Source: a virus. Taken from it: a stretch of 64,000 nucleotides of DNA. The notes beneath the pieces were generated by a model. It saw only the letters and a program-made list of their open reading frames with translations, was not told the DNA's origin and did not search any database. The stretch lies in the IMG/VR virus record IMGVR_UViG_3300044701_001468; one strand, written 5' to 3'. The translations under genes and the position numbers were made by a program. Every line of letters begins with the position of its first letter. The stretch's first letter is position 1. Positions 1 to 9,081 of this stretch are shown here, piece after piece.

Positions 1-2301
1 ACCTAAACTATCTAAGTTATCATTTAATGATACTCTTAAACTTTTTGGATTCGCTAAGTAAGAATATCCATACCCCAAAGACGTATCATTATTTTGGAAA
101 AAATAACCATAATTTGCATCTAAACTATTTTGCAGTTTAGCATACCTATTCTTTCTCCATGTTCTTACTTCGCTTATAGCAGTTGCTCCAGATCCAACTG
201 GTTCTATAATTACTTGAACATTCTGTTGAGTATAAAACTTTCCTCTATCGTTTTGTACAAAACCAGTTATTTTACCATCTGTTGAAATTTCGGCAGTATA
301 ACTTGCGAATCTACCTCTTCCCAGAGAATCTTTAATAATAACTCTAGGTGGAGATGAGTAGTATTCGCCAGGATTAATAATATTCAATCCAGTAATCTGA
401 TCTCCAGTTACTACTGCTTCTACAACTGCATTTCTACCAGAAGTAATAGTTACTTTTGGTACTGGAGGGAAAAATCCAGATCCAGATGTAATAACATCAA
501 TTCTTTCTACGACTTCGCCCGACATAATTGCCTTAGCCGATGCAACTATGTTATCAGAACCATCTTGAACCAATACATATGGTGCTGTAGCATATCCACT
601 ACCTTGAGAAGTAACTATGATATTAGTGATTTCGCCAAAAATTACTTTTTCAGTATCTTTTGCTCCCCTAATAGTCACTCCGTTTACTAAAATACCAATA
701 TCTGTATATGGCGTTTCGTAAATCTCTGTGGTAATTGATGGATACTTTCGAATGAGTTTTAAATGCTTTTGATCTTGTAAAGTTTGAGACCAAGAGTTCA
801 ATCCAATGGCATGAGATGGGTATCCAGATGATGTGATATAATAATATTGCTCATCCTCATAAATTGCAGAAACTTCGGAGATGGTCTGCTGCAAATCTGA
901 TGATATTGACGTATTAGATGAAGTAGGAGCACTATATGTCTCATTAATTTTCCATCTTACGTCATTATTCGCATTATCAAAAATAATTCTATTTCTAGTC
1001 TCAAATCCTGATCTTGAATATTGTACTAAATCGTTTTCTTGTGAATATGGAACATTAGAATCAATGTTCAAAGAGTAAATTACACCAAAGACAAGTAATT
1101 TAACTTCTTGTGATGCACCAAAGGTATCAACGTAACTACCAGTAACCAAAGAAAAATCATAAACTGGTGTATTTACTGGATGTGATTGTGGTGAAGATCC
1201 TCTACTTTCGATAGTAAATTGATTTACATTTTTTGATTTGTAATTAACTACTTCATTTCCTATTAAAAGTTGTCCAGATAGAGAATTCCAACCAGTAGTG
1301 GAATAAACGTAAATATTTTTATTTGCTCCATCTGAACCAGATAAAAATTTGGTTAAGAATGTTTGAGAAGCAACGGAAAATTCTCCAACAACACTAGACT
1401 CTGATAAAATTAATTCGTAGAAACCATCACCAATATCTTTTACATTGTCTACAATGGCAAAAGCTGTTTTGATTGAAGAGTCAAAGGTATTTTCTGGTTG
1501 AGTAATTTTCTCCCCAATCAACTTTGTTACATCGCCAGAAATGACTCTTACTTTTAGTGAATAGTTGTCTATCCATTCACCAGATGATGATTTGAATGTA
1601 CTTTCTCTTGGATAGTAAACACTGGGAACATCAGTAGGATCTTTAGCAATGATTGAATTGAATAAAAATCTAATTGATTGATCTGTTCCCTTTGACTGAT
1701 AAAACTTCTTAATGTTCTTGATTAATAGAGTTTTATCTACTTCTGGTTTTAAATCTTTTTCTGGAAAATCACCAAGATACTGAGACTCGAAATTTTTGAT
1801 TAATGAATATAAAAATAAATTACTGATATTGGATACAATTTTGCCACTCAGGTGCTCTGTTCCAGTTCCTAAGTCTGCATATTCTACATTTGTAATATCA
1901 GATTTGCTGTACAGATCACCAAGTTTTGTTGTGGCGTTTATATTTCTGTAGCAATCAACAAAAGAAGTTGCTGTCTTTGTTTTGTAAAATACTGCTTCAT
2001 CTTCTATCAGAATATACCCATTGGTATCTGGAAAAGACGATGTATCGGCAACATTAATGGTTGTTGATGTCGCTGAAATATTAGAAGTTAACGTAGTATT
2101 CTGTTGAAGAATAGTTTTTTCGTAAGTATCAATATCATGATACTTCGTTAAATTATTAATAAGATCTATAGGTTGCCCAGGCAATTCAAGCTGCTCGTAA
2201 TATTTCTGCATAAACGCAGAAAACTGAGGATATTCCGAAGAAATAAACTTTGGTAGTTGATCATCAACTAACGATGAGAGCTTTCTAACCTTGGTTGCCA
2301 T
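1..2301 (-). CDS. gp7: Baseplate wedge protein gp7-like, truncated at the window edge
   Basis: Read manually: ATG at 2301 gives MATKVRKLSSLVDDQLPKFISSEYPQFSAFMQKYYEQLE..., the typical T4-like gp7 N-terminus. It lies directly downstream of gp6 and appears to run off the window end, so it is absent from the ORF track. Confidence 0.8.
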   Translation of the reverse strand, partial: MATKVRKLSSLVDDQLPKFISSEYPQFSAFMQKYYEQLELPGQPIDLINNLTKYHDIDTYEKTILQQNTTLTSNISATSTTINVADTSSFPDTNGYILIEDEAVFYKTKTATSFVDCYRNINATTKLGDLYSKSDITNVEYADLGTGTEHLSGKIVSNISNLFLYSLIKNFESQYLGDFPEKDLKPEVDKTLLIKNIKKFYQSKGTDQSIRFLFNSIIAKDPTDVPSVYYPRESTFKSSSGEWIDNYSLKVRVISGDVTKLIGEKITQPENTFDSSIKTAFAIVDNVKDIGDGFYELILSESSVVGEFSVASQTFLTKFLSGSDGANKNIYVYSTTGWNSLSGQLLIGNEVVNYKSKNVNQFTIESRGSSPQSHPVNTPVYDFSLVTGSYVDTFGASQEVKLLVFGVIYSLNIDSNVPYSQENDLVQYSRSGFETRNRIIFDNANNDVRWKINETYSAPTSSNTSISSDLQQTISEVSAIYEDEQYYYITSSGYPSHAIGLNSWSQTLQDQKHLKLIRKYPSITTEIYETPYTDIGILVNGVTIRGAKDTEKVIFGEITNIIVTSQGSGYATAPYVLVQDGSDNIVASAKAIMSGEVVERIDVITSGSGFFPPVPKVTITSGRNAVVEAVVTGDQITGLNIINPGEYYSSPPRVIIKDSLGRGRFASYTAEISTDGKITGFVQNDRGKFYTQQNVQVIIEPVGSGATAISEVRTWRKNRYAKLQNSLDANYGYFFQNNDTSLGYGYSYLANPKSLRVSLNDNLDSLG

Positions 2302-2308
2302 TTATATT

Positions 2309-4108
2309 CTACTCTTGAATGAGGGTAAATGAACTATGATCAATATCAATATCTAAGAAGATTTCTCTCTTAGCAATAATGTCATTATATTCTGGTTTTA
2401 CACGAATTTCGATTCTATTATCGGAGAAGGTTCCTTTAATAATATTTAAATCAAATACTTGAATTTCTCCAGTGACATAATTAATTATTCCTTGATTTTG
2501 ATTCAGAACAATTTTTTCACCAGTCTGTGAGTCTAATCTGTATAGAACTATTTTTCCAGATCTATCTTCCAAATACACCGTATAAGAAGGATATTTCTGA
2601 ACTACAAATCCAGTAGAAGACATGGCATTGGTAGTCGAATCATTCAAAAATGGATTATTAAAACACAATTCATAATATGCATTATTATTTAACGAAGGAT
2701 AAAAATCCTTTCTCATGAGAATTGTAGTTAAGTTAGATTTTATAGATCTATCAGAACTATCAACTACACCCACTATTTTACTATATCTAAACTTCCCACC
2801 AAATTTCTCAGTATCACTACTTGCAATATATTTTGCGATATTTTCAATAATCTTTGTTTTTAAAGAATCTGCACTTAAATTAGTGACAGATTGGTTGTAG
2901 AAAATGTTGCTGTACAACTCAACGTAAATAATAGAAGCATCAACAATTTCTGGAATAACAGATGCTACCGAATATTTTCTTAATTCATCCAAAATAATTT
3001 TTTTGGTGTATGAAGAAATATATGCTGAATTGGTTGGTTTTATAGAAATTTTAACTTTACCATATTCGGGAGGATCTGCATTCTCTCCACCATAAGCAAT
3101 AATATCTGCTATATTTGGATATACTCTTTTAACAATAGCAGAATAGTCTACAGCAGTTACGGCACGATTCTGTGCTCCATACATTGCTGGTGCATTGATT
3201 TTTATACTATCAATGCTTTCTATGCCACTGCCGCCAAATGCTTTTGCAATAGTAGTAATGTTGTTAACTTGAACTATGAAATTACTATTTCCACTAACAT
3301 CACTAACTACACCAGAATAATTAAATATAGACGCTCCGTTGGTTGCATCTGCATTGGTAACTAAGTAACTTACTTCAACAACTTGCCCAGTGGTTAATTT
3401 TTTGCCAAATACGCCATCGCCAAAAATTAACTTGTAATTTTCATCTTCAATTTCATTGATGAAGAATACTGGAGATGATGGAGTAGTGTTTAAAATATTG
3501 TCGGAAAGAACATATCTTTCGTAGATAGATGCCGATGGAGAATCAAATACTCTAACTCTAATCGTGCTGACATCAATATTTGCGTTGTTTAATATTACAT
3601 TAAACACTCCGCCGCCTACTGTGTAAGTATTGGTAACAAAAGTTCCTTCGTAAATTTTTAAATTATTGAATGATACTGTATTATCTGGCAATACATTTGC
3701 CTGCACATCATCCAAAATAACATATTGATATAATTTTTCATCTACGTTTGTTAGAAACGCATTTCCTCTTCTTAAGAATACTGTGCTTGGTAATGTTGTT
3801 CCTTGTAAAGTCAATGAACAAGATACAGCAGCAGATGAAGCAACAGATGATCTTGGTGTATATCCTAGTTGTTTCGCTATAGCAACTACATTATCACGAA
3901 GAGTAGCAGAATCTAAAAATGTCTCATTAACAACCATGTTGGCGTTAAAAGACGTATAATAGGTATTATATGCTAATACGTCCAGTAATTGCCCTAATGT
4001 AGAACCCTCAAAATCATAATCAGTAAAATCCGAATTCGCTCTCAAATAATCTCTGAGAGCAACTTTAATATCAAAATAATCTAAATTTGTTAACTGATTG
4101 TATGGCAT
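2309..4108 (-). CDS. gp6: Baseplate wedge subunit gp6
   Basis: N-terminal LDYFDIKVALRDYLR...FTDYDFEGS...LDVLAYNTYY and AQNRAVT..DY motifs; adjacent to gp25. Confidence 0.95.
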   Translation of the reverse strand: MPYNQLTNLDYFDIKVALRDYLRANSDFTDYDFEGSTLGQLLDVLAYNTYYTSFNANMVVNETFLDSATLRDNVVAIAKQLGYTPRSSVASSAAVSCSLTLQGTTLPSTVFLRRGNAFLTNVDEKLYQYVILDDVQANVLPDNTVSFNNLKIYEGTFVTNTYTVGGGVFNVILNNANIDVSTIRVRVFDSPSASIYERYVLSDNILNTTPSSPVFFINEIEDENYKLIFGDGVFGKKLTTGQVVEVSYLVTNADATNGASIFNYSGVVSDVSGNSNFIVQVNNITTIAKAFGGSGIESIDSIKINAPAMYGAQNRAVTAVDYSAIVKRVYPNIADIIAYGGENADPPEYGKVKISIKPTNSAYISSYTKKIILDELRKYSVASVIPEIVDASIIYVELYSNIFYNQSVTNLSADSLKTKIIENIAKYIASSDTEKFGGKFRYSKIVGVVDSSDRSIKSNLTTILMRKDFYPSLNNNAYYELCFNNPFLNDSTTNAMSSTGFVVQKYPSYTVYLEDRSGKIVLYRLDSQTGEKIVLNQNQGIINYVTGEIQVFDLNIIKGTFSDNRIEIRVKPEYNDIIAKREIFLDIDIDHSSFTLIQE

Positions 4109-4112
4109 TTCT

Positions 4113-4508
4113 TTATGCTCTGGTTCTTTCTAGAAATAACTCGATTGTCTGGTATTGTTCTGGCAACCCAACCACTTGATATTCTATTTCAATGTCATAT
4201 CCATTAGCATCATAATTTTCTTCAGCAATTATATTTTTTAACCTTACTCTCGGCTCGAATGCATTGATAGTATATTCAATTTCACTCTTTACAGCATCGG
4301 CATTAATAAAGTCTAATGGTTCAAATAACAAATCAGTGATCCTGCTACCAATGTTTGGATTGAAAAATCTCTCTCCAGGAGCAGTTGTGATTAAATTTTG
4401 AATAGATTGTTTAATAGCAGTAAAATTTTTAGTCACCAATAAATCATCAGTGACTGGATGTTTTGCAAACGTAATACTGATGTCTTTAAACGACCTACTT
4501 ACAGGCAT
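4113..4508 (-). CDS. gp25: Baseplate wedge subunit gp25
   Basis: FKDISITF.KHP...IKQSIQNL..T..GER.FNP..GS...FEPRV is the gp25/GPW signature. Confidence 0.95.
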   Translation of the reverse strand: MPVSRSFKDISITFAKHPVTDDLLVTKNFTAIKQSIQNLITTAPGERFFNPNIGSRITDLLFEPLDFINADAVKSEIEYTINAFEPRVRLKNIIAEENYDANGYDIEIEYQVVGLPEQYQTIELFLERTRA

Positions 4509-4518
4509 AAAAATACCA

Positions 4519-4538
4519 TATTTATAGTATTATTTATA
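4519..4538 (-). promoter_or_regulatory. Two tandem T4-type late promoters (TATAAATA)
   Basis: tatttata at 4519-4526 and 4531-4538 on the plus strand, just upstream of the gp25 start. Confidence 0.85.
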
Positions 4539-4565
4539 CCTGTATGGGTAATGTCTGTCGGAGAT

Positions 4566-4766
4566 TTACACCATCCATTCGACATAATCATCAAAACCAT
4601 CCTTACCACCACAGAATTTTGACATTCTATCTTCTGGAGGATCATTTTTTTTCTTCTCTGTCGGAGTCACGCGCTTTTCATAACCATAATCAGTAATTAA
4701 TCGCGTAGTTCCCCACATTTCGCGCATGTAATTAACGTCTCTATCTGGATTTGGAGTGTTTGCCAT
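4566..4766 (-). CDS. Hypothetical protein (cyanophage-type)
   Basis: 66-aa ORF with GAGGA RBS upstream, in gene-flow orientation. Confidence 0.7.
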   Translation of the reverse strand: MANTPNPDRDVNYMREMWGTTRLITDYGYEKRVTPTEKKKNDPPEDRMSKFCGGKDGFDDYVEWMV

Positions 4767-4821
4767 CTGTTTTTCCTCAAAATTTGATTAAAACAGAACT
4801 TTTTACGGGGTTGCTATCCCG

Positions 4822-4861
4822 AAAAAAAGCGGTATTTCACCAAAAATAGGCAAAATACCGC
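4822..4861 (-). terminator. Intrinsic terminator candidate
   Basis: GCGGTATTT (4829-4837) / AAATACCGC (4853-4861) stem, followed on the minus strand by T7. Confidence 0.55.
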
Positions 4862-4889
4862 AAAAATTATCTGTATTCCTTCGAAATTT

Positions 4890-5036
4890 TCACGAACCCT
4901 GCCCGCGATAACGCTTTTTGCGTCCATTTCGACTCGTTGCAGCAAGATTTGTATTCTTTGAGCGCCCTTGACTAGTAAGCTTGGGCTTTCCAGGCACGTA
5001 ATTCGTCTTATTCAAACCAACTTTTGCTTTTGCCAT
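4890..5036 (-). CDS. Small, very basic hypothetical protein (48 aa)
   Basis: Read manually: MAKAKVGLNKTNYVPGKPKLTSQGRSKNTNLAATSRNGRKKRYRGQGS; GAGG RBS. Confidence 0.75.
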   Translation of the reverse strand: MAKAKVGLNKTNYVPGKPKLTSQGRSKNTNLAATSRNGRKKRYRGQGS

Positions 5037-5046
5037 AACTTTTACC

Positions 5047-5421
5047 TCACTTTGCTTTAGTTTTTAATCCAATAAACACTTGATCTTCAGTAAATGGACC
5101 GAGAATAATCGGTCTTTCTGTCCCCTCTATCACCGTAACATCTCCTGATATTACAGGTTGCAACTTACTAATGAATACATTAGGATTTGACTTGGCAATA
5201 TATGTCCTAACACCACTGGTTAAACACGGAAGAATTGGAATAATCGGTTCGCCAATCACTGGTACTGGCAAAAGTTTATGTTCAGCAAATCTAAATGGTT
5301 TTTTACCAGAAAATACATTAGGAGCAGCGATTTCAGTTCCTAATGGGGAAGGTTGAAATCTACAATTGATACCCCCAACGGAAATGGTATCGATTGATGC
5401 ACTGAATGCAATGTTGGACAT
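5047..5421 (-). CDS. Probable PAAR-like spike-tip protein (gp5.4-like)
   Basis: 124-aa beta-rich protein with a PNVF...P repeat pattern, located upstream of gp25. Confidence 0.45.
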   Translation of the reverse strand: MSNIAFSASIDTISVGGINCRFQPSPLGTEIAAPNVFSGKKPFRFAEHKLLPVPVIGEPIIPILPCLTSGVRTYIAKSNPNVFISKLQPVISGDVTVIEGTERPIILGPFTEDQVFIGLKTKAK

Positions 5422-5708
5422 TATTGGTCGAAATTACTTTCGATCCTATTTATTCTAGCATACAGATCGTCCAGTGTCAAATTTAATTTTTCATAGTCCT
5501 CCTTATGCGGCGGACGATAATAAATCACAAACGGATCTGGTAATTTACTTAAACGTAACTCTATTTTACTTAGAGTTCTTTCTAGATTCTTTAGTTGAAT
5601 CTCCAAATCCTTTACCTGCTGTTCTAGTGTCACCATAGAGATCTCGCAGGTTGTCTTCGAGACTTTCGGTAGACTCGATGTTGCTTCCAAAGGATGAGGA
5701 GTCTTCAT
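5421..5708 (-). CDS. Hypothetical coiled-coil protein (true start probably internal, at MVTLEQQ)
   Basis: ORF track; the 5' part overlaps the next ORF. Confidence 0.6.
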   Translation of the reverse strand: MKTPHPLEATSSLPKVSKTTCEISMVTLEQQVKDLEIQLKNLERTLSKIELRLSKLPDPFVIYYRPPHKEDYEKLNLTLDDLYARINRIESNFDQ

Positions 5709-5925
5709 AAATTACATTTCCAGTTTCATCAAAAGTTGAAATATTTACTTTGTCATCAGTGCTGTATATACCCTGATACCACTTGTCTGCTAACTCTAGC
5801 ATGTGATCAGCTAACTTATCATAATCAGTGAAAGTTTGATCGTCAACCACTTCACCTTCCTTGTTAACAATTTGATAATTAATCTTCTTCTCGGTCATTT
5901 GCAAATTCCTCGTCAACTCGTTCAA
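5566..5925 (-). CDS. Hypothetical acidic protein
   Basis: ORF track; likely start MTEKKINY. Confidence 0.6.
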   Translation of the reverse strand: MNELTRNLQMTEKKINYQIVNKEGEVVDDQTFTDYDKLADHMLELADKWYQGIYSTDDKVNISTFDETGNVIYEDSSSFGSNIESTESLEDNLRDLYGDTRTAGKGFGDSTKESRKNSK

Positions 5926-6079
5926 CTAAAATAGTGCCATCTTTGTTCACACTCCATTCTAGCACATCGCCCTCTTCCCATCCAACACTTTCTAATAGGT
6001 CTTCGGGGAGTGTTACGAAATACTCCTGAAAGTCATCATTGTATTCTACCGTTGTTTCGTATACTTTATGCATTATCAT
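5879..6079 (-). CDS. AbrB/MazE/SpoVT-family DNA-binding protein
   Basis: YFVTLPEDLLESVGWEEGDVLEWSVNKDGTILV matches the swapped-hairpin AbrB pattern (.LP......G...GD.L). Confidence 0.75.
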   Translation of the reverse strand: MIMHKVYETTVEYNDDFQEYFVTLPEDLLESVGWEEGDVLEWSVNKDGTILVERVDEEFANDREED

Positions 6080-6100
6080 TCATATAATCTTTTTTATATA

Positions 6101-6283
6101 TCACACTTTTGAAAGAATACGCCCATGCGGTAACCATTTCTCACACTTTGAAATCCCATAAAGAAATTCATCATATTTTTTATATGTTATTGTTACCTGT
6201 CTTCCATTGGTGCTGAAAGCATGAATCTCCATGGAACTTTGGTCTATTATAACATAACTTATCTCTTCCACAACATACTCCAA
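6101..6283 (-). CDS. Hypothetical protein
   Basis: ORF track, 60 aa, in gene-flow orientation. Confidence 0.45.
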   Translation of the reverse strand: MEYVVEEISYVIIDQSSMEIHAFSTNGRQVTITYKKYDEFLYGISKCEKWLPHGRILSKV

Positions 6284-6547
6284 AGTTCTTTCAGTACTAT
6301 GTAGATATACCCAAACTCTTCCATTCTAGTCGTCTTGGTGGACCTCGGATTGCATAGAGTAATTCCAGATTGCCATGGGCGAACGTTTTGAGGTTTTTGA
6401 GTCATTTTTATTTGGGAAAAATTTTTTTTATAAACGTGTAATCGATCGAGCGTTTTCAAAGTTTTGTAGGTTAATAGTATCTATGACTTTTCGCTCGGCC
6501 GCGCCGCCATAACGATAACGTTATAATATAACTGCTGCTCTGCCCCC

Positions 6548-6757
6548 TCAGGGGAGGGCAGCGAGTGCCTTCCTGATCACGGCGGACATGCCAGGGGAGA
6601 TGGTGCTGCGCCCCTTGCTGCCATGCGTCGGCAGGATGATGTCAGTCTGCCAGGCGGGGTGATTCCAGATCTGATGCGATGCTGTCGTTCGCTTGAGCAC
6701 GGCGCCGCTCGCTTTCAGATCTCGCTCCGCTTGCTTCCACTTGAGAGGTGAGGGCAT
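6548..6757 (-). CDS. hicA: HicA/YcfA-family mRNA interferase-like protein, no adjacent HicB
   Basis: LKASGAVLKRTTASHQIWNHP...IILPTH...ISPGMSAVIRK: HicA dsRBD-like pattern with the conserved (G/A)SH His; 69 aa. Confidence 0.75.
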   Translation of the reverse strand: MPSPLKWKQAERDLKASGAVLKRTTASHQIWNHPAWQTDIILPTHGSKGRSTISPGMSAVIRKALAALP

Positions 6758-6781
6758 GGTGTGATAGGATGATGGGTCGGG

Positions 6782-6979
6782 TCAGTCTTCAAATGTGGGG
6801 AGTTTGGCGATCGCCTCATCATGATGGGTCTCGGCATACTGGGCGGCGAGGACAGAGGCAGGCAGTCCCCAATGGATGAACTGAGAGGGGCGACTGCCGT
6901 TGTTCAGTTGATCGTGGCGGGAGATCCACCGAATCTGGCGGGTGGCGAGGTCAGAGCACTGGGCGAGGGGGAAGCGCAT
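6782..6979 (-). CDS. Small early hypothetical protein
   Basis: ORF preceded by a TAGACT -10 box (7001-7006) and an A/C-rich leader. Confidence 0.7.
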   Translation of the reverse strand: MRFPLAQCSDLATRQIRWISRHDQLNNGSRPSQFIHWGLPASVLAAQYAETHHDEAIAKLPTFED

Positions 6980-7019
6980 TGGTTGGTTGCTGATGTGGTT
7001 AGTCTACAGGGTCAGCGCC

Positions 7020-7169
7020 TCAGCGCCCATCCCAGCAGGCAGTCTGCCAACCGTCCCGCTCCATACGGCGGCGGTCGAAGTCGTCAGCATCCCAGCGATC
7101 GTCGAAGTCCATGTCGAAGATCTCGCCAGGGGCATCTTGGATCTCGGTGAAGCAGGTGTCGAATTCCAT
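7020..7169 (-). CDS. Small acidic early protein (49 aa)
   Basis: Read manually: MEFDTCFTEIQDAPGEIFDMDFDDRWDADDFDRRRMERDGWQTACWDGR, behind a promoter cassette at about 7194. Confidence 0.7.
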   Translation of the reverse strand: MEFDTCFTEIQDAPGEIFDMDFDDRWDADDFDRRRMERDGWQTACWDGR

Positions 7170-7210
7170 GGTTCGTTTCGTTTGATTGATCTTAGTCTAC
7201 AGGGTCGGGG

Positions 7211-7351
7211 TCAGTCCAGCGAGGCGATCTGTGCCACCTTCTCTGCTGTCACAGCGTCAAGGGTCTGGGCAGTCTGCAGGATGGCGCCAGCGGTCTGAGA
7301 GAACATCAGCAGCAGAGCAGCAGCGAGGGCGAGGCGAAGGGTGTTTGCCAT
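7211..7351 (-). CDS. Small early protein with signal or TM segment (46 aa)
   Basis: MANTLRLALAAALLLMFSQTAG...; 3' part of track ORF 7211..7411. Confidence 0.6.
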   Translation of the reverse strand: MANTLRLALAAALLLMFSQTAGAILQTAQTLDAVTAEKVAQIASLD

Positions 7352-7358
7352 GCTAGGA

Positions 7359-7520
7359 TCAGCGATCGAACTGAGCGAGGGAGGAAGGGGCGATGTGAGA
7401 GGGAGAACCACAGGAGCGGTAGAAGTCTACCATACGCTCTGCCTCTGCCAGGGTGGGGAACCACTGCGACCGCCACTCACAGGCATTGTAGGGGGTCTGG
7501 TAGCGAACTTCGATTCTCAT
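7359..7520 (-). CDS. Small early hypothetical protein (53 aa)
   Basis: Read manually: MRIEVRYQTPYNACEWRSQWFPTLAEAERMVDFYRSCGSPSHI..., directly behind a promoter/leader repeat. Confidence 0.75.
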   Translation of the reverse strand: MRIEVRYQTPYNACEWRSQWFPTLAEAERMVDFYRSCGSPSHIAPSSLAQFDR

Positions 7521-7560
7521 GGTCGTCTCGTTTGGTTGACTCTGTTAGTCTAGAGGATGA

Positions 7561-7755
7561 TCAGTTGCACCAGGCGGCGAGGTGTGCCAGTTCGCCTGCC
7601 GTCTCCTGCAGGTTGGATTCGGTCAGACCAGCGAGGCAGGATTCGAGATCATCGGGGTCGATGGCGTCGATGTCCCCATTGATCTCCCATGCCTGTGCCT
7701 CAGCGAGGGCGAGGCAGCGATCACGAAGCGAGAGGGTGAAGGTCTTTTCTTTCAT
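7561..7755 (-). CDS. Small acidic early hypothetical protein
   Basis: ORF track; TAGACT -10 at 7762-7767. Confidence 0.7.
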   Translation of the reverse strand: MKEKTFTLSLRDRCLALAEAQAWEINGDIDAIDPDDLESCLAGLTESNLQETAGELAHLAAWCN

Positions 7756-7764
7756 GCTGTTAGT

Positions 7765-8007
7765 CTAGATGGAGATGGTCTCGTGACGCTGCAGCAGGGT
7801 GCGGTTTGCCCACTGTCCCAGCGAGGTGCCAGGCATCATCAGGCGCAGCATGTCACGGCGGCGGCAGTCGTGACCGCTGACGCTGCCAGAGTGCCATTGC
7901 ACGATGGCGCGACGGGTCAGGGGCGACAGGATCACACGCTCACAGGCGCTGCTAGGGCGTTGCACGTTGATGAACACAGGCAGGTGATCGATGGCGAAGT
8001 TCAGCAT
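7765..8007 (-). CDS. Early hypothetical protein
   Basis: ORF track; behind the promoter/leader repeat at 8018-8040. Confidence 0.7.
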   Translation of the reverse strand: MLNFAIDHLPVFINVQRPSSACERVILSPLTRRAIVQWHSGSVSGHDCRRRDMLRLMMPGTSLGQWANRTLLQRHETISI

Positions 8008-8091
8008 GGGTTGGGTTGTTTGGTTGACTCTGTTAGTCTAGAGGGTCGGCGGTCGATGCTGGGGGCAGCGTGTGCCACCCCCTCAGGTGTC

Positions 8092-8520
8092 CTAATAGTC
8101 GCTGAACACAGCAACCTGACGATACTTCACTTCACAGCAGGTGAAATCGTAACGCAGGGAGGAATCGTAGGTTGCCTGCCAATCTACAACCAAAGCACAG
8201 GGAACATCGTGCAGATCGCTATAGTATTCTTCAGCGAAGTCTGCCTCAGATTCATACCAACCACGGAAGCGATCATCACATCCTTCGATGTCAGAAACGC
8301 AACCCATTTCACCAATCAAAGCATCAACGGCATCATATCCGATCGCTTCACCACAGCGGCAATACTCTTCATAATAGGAGACAAAATCGTTCTCATTGTA
8401 GGTGTCGATGAACTCCAGCATATCATCCAGAGCATAGTTCTCATCGATCAATTCATCGATCTTCTCAACAGCAGCAGCGGAGAGAACTTCTTTGTAGTTT
8501 GCAGTCAAGGTGATGCTCAT
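8092..8520 (-). CDS. ardA: ArdA-like antirestriction (DNA-mimic) protein
   Basis: Highly acidic 142 aa; C-terminal FRGWYESEADFAEEY...VDWQATY...YDF resembles the ArdA C-terminal motif; strong sigma70 promoter. Confidence 0.65.
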   Translation of the reverse strand: MSITLTANYKEVLSAAAVEKIDELIDENYALDDMLEFIDTYNENDFVSYYEEYCRCGEAIGYDAVDALIGEMGCVSDIEGCDDRFRGWYESEADFAEEYYSDLHDVPCALVVDWQATYDSSLRYDFTCCEVKYRQVAVFSDY

Positions 8521-8598
8521 GTCGTTTGTTTGGTTGACTCTGTTAGTATGGCAGGGATTGGGGAGGAAGTCAAGAGGTCTGTGCCACTTGTTGGATTG

Positions 8599-8766
8599 TC
8601 ACATCCCGTTCAGGAAGTCTGCCATCGCCTCCTGATACTCATCATAGGTTTTGAAGCGGTCAGCGAAGCGAGCGGGCACCTTGCCATCGAACTTAGCAGG
8701 GGCGGGCAGGTCGCGCCCCTTGGCGAGGATCTGCTGTTCATAGACGTTGGGGTTGAAGCGGGTCAT
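8599..8766 (-). CDS. Small early hypothetical protein (55 aa)
   Basis: Read manually: MTRFNPNVYEQQILAKGRDLPAPAKFDGKVPARFADRFKTYDEYQEAMADFLNGM. Confidence 0.7.
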   Translation of the reverse strand: MTRFNPNVYEQQILAKGRDLPAPAKFDGKVPARFADRFKTYDEYQEAMADFLNGM

Positions 8767-8847
8767 TCGGTCTCGTTTGTTTGGTATGCTTTAGTCTACA
8801 GGGTCAGGCGGGGGATCTGGTCCCCCTTGTGCCACCTTGCCAACTGG

Positions 8848-9081
8848 TCAGGGCAGCACCGCCAGACGCTCAGCGAGTCGCGCCTTCGCTTGAATCTCCT
8901 CAAGCGAGGGGATCTGTTCAATCCAACGCATCTCACACTTAGAGTAATCGTATCCCTGAACTTCCAATTCTTTCATGTATGCCACAGCGGCGGAGTGATA
9001 ATCGAACAGACGCAGGGAAGAGAAGTCTTCACCTTCATAATCCCATCCGCCGATGACAGCGTAGGCGCGAGGCGTTTCCAT
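8848..9081 (-). CDS. Early hypothetical protein
   Basis: METPRAYAVIGGWDYEGEDFSSLRLFD...; start re-assigned to the ATG after the leader repeat. Confidence 0.7.
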   Translation of the reverse strand: METPRAYAVIGGWDYEGEDFSSLRLFDYHSAAVAYMKELEVQGYDYSKCEMRWIEQIPSLEEIQAKARLAERLAVLP

